Source: Dictyostelium discoideum
Lineage: Eukaryota
Length of the DNA: 64,000 nt
Direction of reading: 5' to 3'
Assembly: GCA_000004695.1 (NCBI GenBank)
Contig: CM000151.3
Coordinates: 512,001-576,000, forward strand
Position 1 is the first letter of the stretch; every line of letters begins with the position of its first letter. The position numbers were made by a program, and so were the translations under genes. Below are positions 60,728 through 64,000 of the stretch, in pieces. The notes beneath the pieces are model-generated. The model had not been told where the DNA came from, did not search any database, and saw only the letters and a program-made list of their open reading frames with translations.

Positions 60728-63098
60728 TCATAATATATCATTTGATACACCAGAATTAGTTGTAGTTGGTATGCAATCTGATGGCAAATCATCATTTATT
60801 GAATCATTATTAGGATTTCAATTTAATATTGTAGAGACAAATATTGGTACAAGAAGACCATTGATCATTCAAATGATTAATAATCCTTCAAAACAACAAC
60901 CATCTTGTAGATTTAAAAAAGAAGATTATTCAAACTCATATGGTGGTTCTAGTTCTTCAACATCAACAACAAGTGGTAATAGTAATCATAATACTGATAA
61001 ACAACAAAATGTAAGTAGTAGCCAAGGTGGTGGTGGCGGTTCAAATAATTTAAATGAAGATAAATGGGAAGAATATGAAACACCAGTAAATGAATTAACT
61101 GAAGAGATTATTAGAAGAACTAATGAAAGAACTGGTAGAGCTGGTGATAGAGTATCATCTATACCAATCTTTTTACGTGTTGAATTTGCTCATTGTTCAA
61201 ATTTAAACATTTATGATACACCAGGATTTAGAAAGGGTGGTGATGAACGTTTAAAATATGAAATCTCAGAGATGGTAAAGAAATTAATTGAGCCAAAGAA
61301 TCGTATCATTGTTTGTTTGGAACAATCAAATGTTGAATGGGCAAATACAATCTCAAGACCATTGGTAAAGAAAATTGATCCAGATTTCTCTCGTACGATT
61401 CTAGTGAATACAAAATTTGATAATCGTGTAAAAGAGTTGAGAAATCGTGAATCTGCTCATAAATATTTAGAAGGTGAGGGAATAATAGCACAAAAGAAAC
61501 CATTTTTCATTTCCCTTCCATTGAAGAGAAATTTAGAGACTCATAGATTCAAAGATGCAATGAAGGAAACATTCCTTGATGATTATAGAAAACTTTTAGA
61601 GATTGGATTCGATGAGAATAGATTTGGTGGACAAATTGGTATTTACAAGGTTAGACAATATGTAGAGAATTTACTTCATGAAAAGTATCAACAGAATCTA
61701 TTGCCAAGTATGTTGCAATTAGAGTCGATTTGCAAGAAAACCGAAGCGGATATCGTTCGTGTTAAAAAGGAATTATCAGATAATAACATTGTAACTTTGA
61801 AAGAGAAAGTGATGAGATTCGTCTCTAATTTCAATGGTCAAATCGAGAGATTGTTAGAAGGTAGTGTTGTTGGTGATCCTGATGAGTTTGGTCAAACTTT
61901 ACTTCAAGAGAAAGAGAATTGCTCCGTTCAACCATGGCCTGGTTATAATTTTGATTTTGATATTCAAAATTCAAATTATAGTTTGTATGGTGGTGCACAA
62001 TATGAAAGATTGTTAAATGAATTCGAGTTTGTAATTCATTCTAAAGAGTTTCCAGAGACCTCCATCAATGAGGTAGCCTCTGCCATTGGTGTATCGAAAT
62101 CTCATAATTCACCAATTTATGAATTGGCTGCAACTAATATCTTTCAAACAAAATCAAAAAAAGTGTTACTACCATTGATCGATATTGTGTTACAACGTTC
62201 ATCTTATATTATGAAGAGACTATTCGATATTAGTGTATCGATTTTAGGAAAGGATGAGAATGAATCATCTCATACCGTATCATTGTATGAACATTTCCTA
62301 AAGGAATTACAATCTCAATATGAAAAATTCATTCAAACCATTGAATCGGAGTGTAAATCACGTTTAAAGGATGACTTTGAAATGTTTACAAAGATTGTTG
62401 ATTGGAATTTACTATCTGGTTTAACTGAAATTAAACCTTACAACTATCTTAAAGTGTCACCAGAAGAGACCAAACAAAGAGTAATCTCAATAATGGATTG
62501 TAAAAAATTGGAAGATGAACCACTATCCAGATCAAGAAATATCGATGATGATACCTATCAAAAGGTTTGCATGATCGCTGGTCGTCTATTCTCTGGTATT
62601 CGTTTCTTTTTCTCAAAACTCATTAGAAACAAATTGAATGCTTTCTTTTTAGATCCAATGTTTCAAAAGTTGGGTAGTTTTGTCACTGATTATTTCTCAA
62701 AATTAAATGATCAAAAATATGAAGAAATGTTTCAATTAGGTTTAAAAGAATTGGAAAATAAATTACATAAATTAGAATTTCAATTAATTGATTGTAAAAA
62801 GAATAGAGATAAATTTAAAGATGTTTATAATAGAATGAAACAATCATTAAATCAAAATCAAAATCAAAATTCTTCATCTTCTTCTAATAGTGCAAGCAGT
62901 AGTAATAATAATGTAATAATAAAACACCAACAATCTTTAAATGGAAAATTTTCAACACCTGATAAAAACTCTTTAACAATGTCCCCTTTCACTTCACCAT
63001 TTACACAATCAAATTATCACCAACATAATAATAATAATTATCAAATTAATCAACAACCATTAGATATCAATAATGATCATTATTTTGATCAAAATTAA
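60728..63098 (+). CDS. Dynamin-family large GTPase (DRP5/ARC5-like), exon 2: GTPase domain, middle and GED-like regions
   Basis: Acceptor TAATTAG|TCATAAT (intron 60610..60727, 118 bp). 'VVVGMQSDGKSSFIESLLGFQFNIVETNIGTRRPL' (G1 GxxxxGKS and the dynamin switch-I TRRPL), 'IYDTPGF' (G3 DxxG), 'LVNTKFD' (G4). The closest pattern match is the plant ARC5/DRP5 type 'VVVGQTDAGKSALVEALMGFQFNHVGGGTKTRRP'. Confidence 0.75.
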
Positions 63099-63485
63099 TA
63101 TAAAATAAAAAAAATTGGTAATAATTTTATTTTTATAAAAATAAAGTATAAATTGATTTCTTTTTAGATTTTTTTTTTTTTTTTTTTTCATTCCCACAAT
63201 CATTGTTATATTTTTTAATTTAAAAAAAAAAAATAAAAAAATAAAAAAATAAAATAAAAAGATTGATTTGTGTTTTGTTGTTAAAATAAACTGATACTCC
63301 CACACTCTCGTTGCTTTAAAACAAAATTCGAATTTTTATTTTTTTATTTTTTTTTTATTTTTTTTTAATTTTTCTTTTTTTTTTTTTTTTTGTTTTTTTT
63401 TTTTTTTTTTGAATTTTTTTTTTTTGAATTTTTAATTAAATTAAATAGTATTGTATTATTAATAATTAAATAATAATATTATAAA

Positions 63486-64000
63486 ATGAATATTGAATTA
63501 ATTAATACAAATGAAAGATTTATATTAATAAATAATGGTAATAAAGATAAATCATTAAATATTGATAAACATTCAGTTAAAGCTAGTATTAGTGTTGGTG
63601 TACCAAAAAATAATGAAAAGGTTTTAACAAGAATTGAAAATGTTAAAGGTATAATCGGTTGTATTCAATTGGTATCAGGTCATTATTTAATGATATTCAA
63701 AGAACATAATCATGTTGCAACTGTGACAGGTAAGAAAATCTATCAAATGAAAGATGTCGAATTGATTCCATTCTTTCCAAATCAGCAATCACTAGTATCA
63801 ATCCCCGATCAAGATGCCGAGGAACAACATTTATCGATGATTAGATGGTTATTGTCGTCAGAGAATTTCTATTTCTCATATGACTATGATTTCACTCTTA
63901 CACTTCAAAGACAGTATTCAACCACCACCACCACCACAAGCGGATCGTCATTAGGCGAGCGTTGTGATTCACGTTTCTTTTGGAACGAAAAGTATGTTAC
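63486..64000 (+). CDS. Sac-domain phosphoinositide phosphatase (Sac1-like), 5' portion only; continues beyond the window end
   Basis: Open frame from ATG 63486: 'MNIELINTNERFILINNGNKDKSLNIDKHSVKASISVGVPK...IIGCIQLVSGHYLMIFKEHNHVATVTGKKIYQMKDVELIPF...EQHLSMIRWLLSSENFYFSYDYDFTLTLQRQ...ERCDSRFFWNEKYV', the Sac N-terminal domain ending in the conserved 'RFFWN' element; not in the supplied ORF track because it runs off the end. Confidence 0.55.
   Translation, partial: MNIELINTNERFILINNGNKDKSLNIDKHSVKASISVGVPKNNEKVLTRIENVKGIIGCIQLVSGHYLMIFKEHNHVATVTGKKIYQMKDVELIPFFPNQQSLVSIPDQDAEEQHLSMIRWLLSSENFYFSYDYDFTLTLQRQYSTTTTTTSGSSLGERCDSRFFWNEKYV

Overview
The window is AT-rich (about 75-80% A+T) eukaryotic nuclear DNA, and I infer it is from Dictyostelium discoideum or a very close relative. 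The basis is the short AT-rich introns with GTAAGT...AG boundaries, the (AAT)n/(CAA)n coding microsatellites giving polyN/polyQ tracts, and recognisable Dictyostelium-type genes. No prokaryotic system (CRISPR, operons, defence islands) is present.

The first ~38 kb is a head-to-tail tandem array of highly similar type I iterative polyketide synthase (PKS) genes. There are four genes plus one deletion-riddled pseudocopy, spaced ~10.5-11.5 kb apart. Each has a conserved 5' architecture: a ~640-bp exon 1 encoding the N-terminal half of the ketosynthase (KS), a 66-74 bp phase-1 intron, then one giant exon. Two copies (the partial one at the left edge and the rightmost) carry the full KS-AT-DH-cMT-ER-KR-ACP-R architecture with a C-terminal NAD(P)-dependent thioester-reductase domain. 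The two middle copies terminate right after the ACP. One of these still has a recognisable remnant of the reductase 3' end just past its stop codon, which indicates a ~1.1-kb internal deletion.

The PKS intergenic spaces hold a nested inverted-repeat (foldback-like) element carrying a small ORF, and a 5'-truncated non-LTR retrotransposon ORF2 fragment with a CCHC finger. There is also a degenerate N-rich ORF bearing a zinc-knuckle-like motif.

Downstream of the array (38-64 kb) lie ordinary housekeeping and signalling genes:
- a 3-exon type II (alternative, NDH-2) NADH dehydrogenase (- strand);
- a K/E-rich small protein;
- a calcipressin/RCAN homolog (rcnA-like, 2 exons);
- a multi-exon LRR-like/EGF-like/IPT-TIG/TM surface protein (- strand);
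- a DOT1-family H3K79 methyltransferase (dotA-like, 1845 aa, with polyN/polyQ and ER/K tracts);
- a 3-exon protein kinase (- strand);
- a DRP5/ARC5-like dynamin-family GTPase (2 exons);
- the 5' part of a Sac-domain phosphoinositide phosphatase running off the window end.
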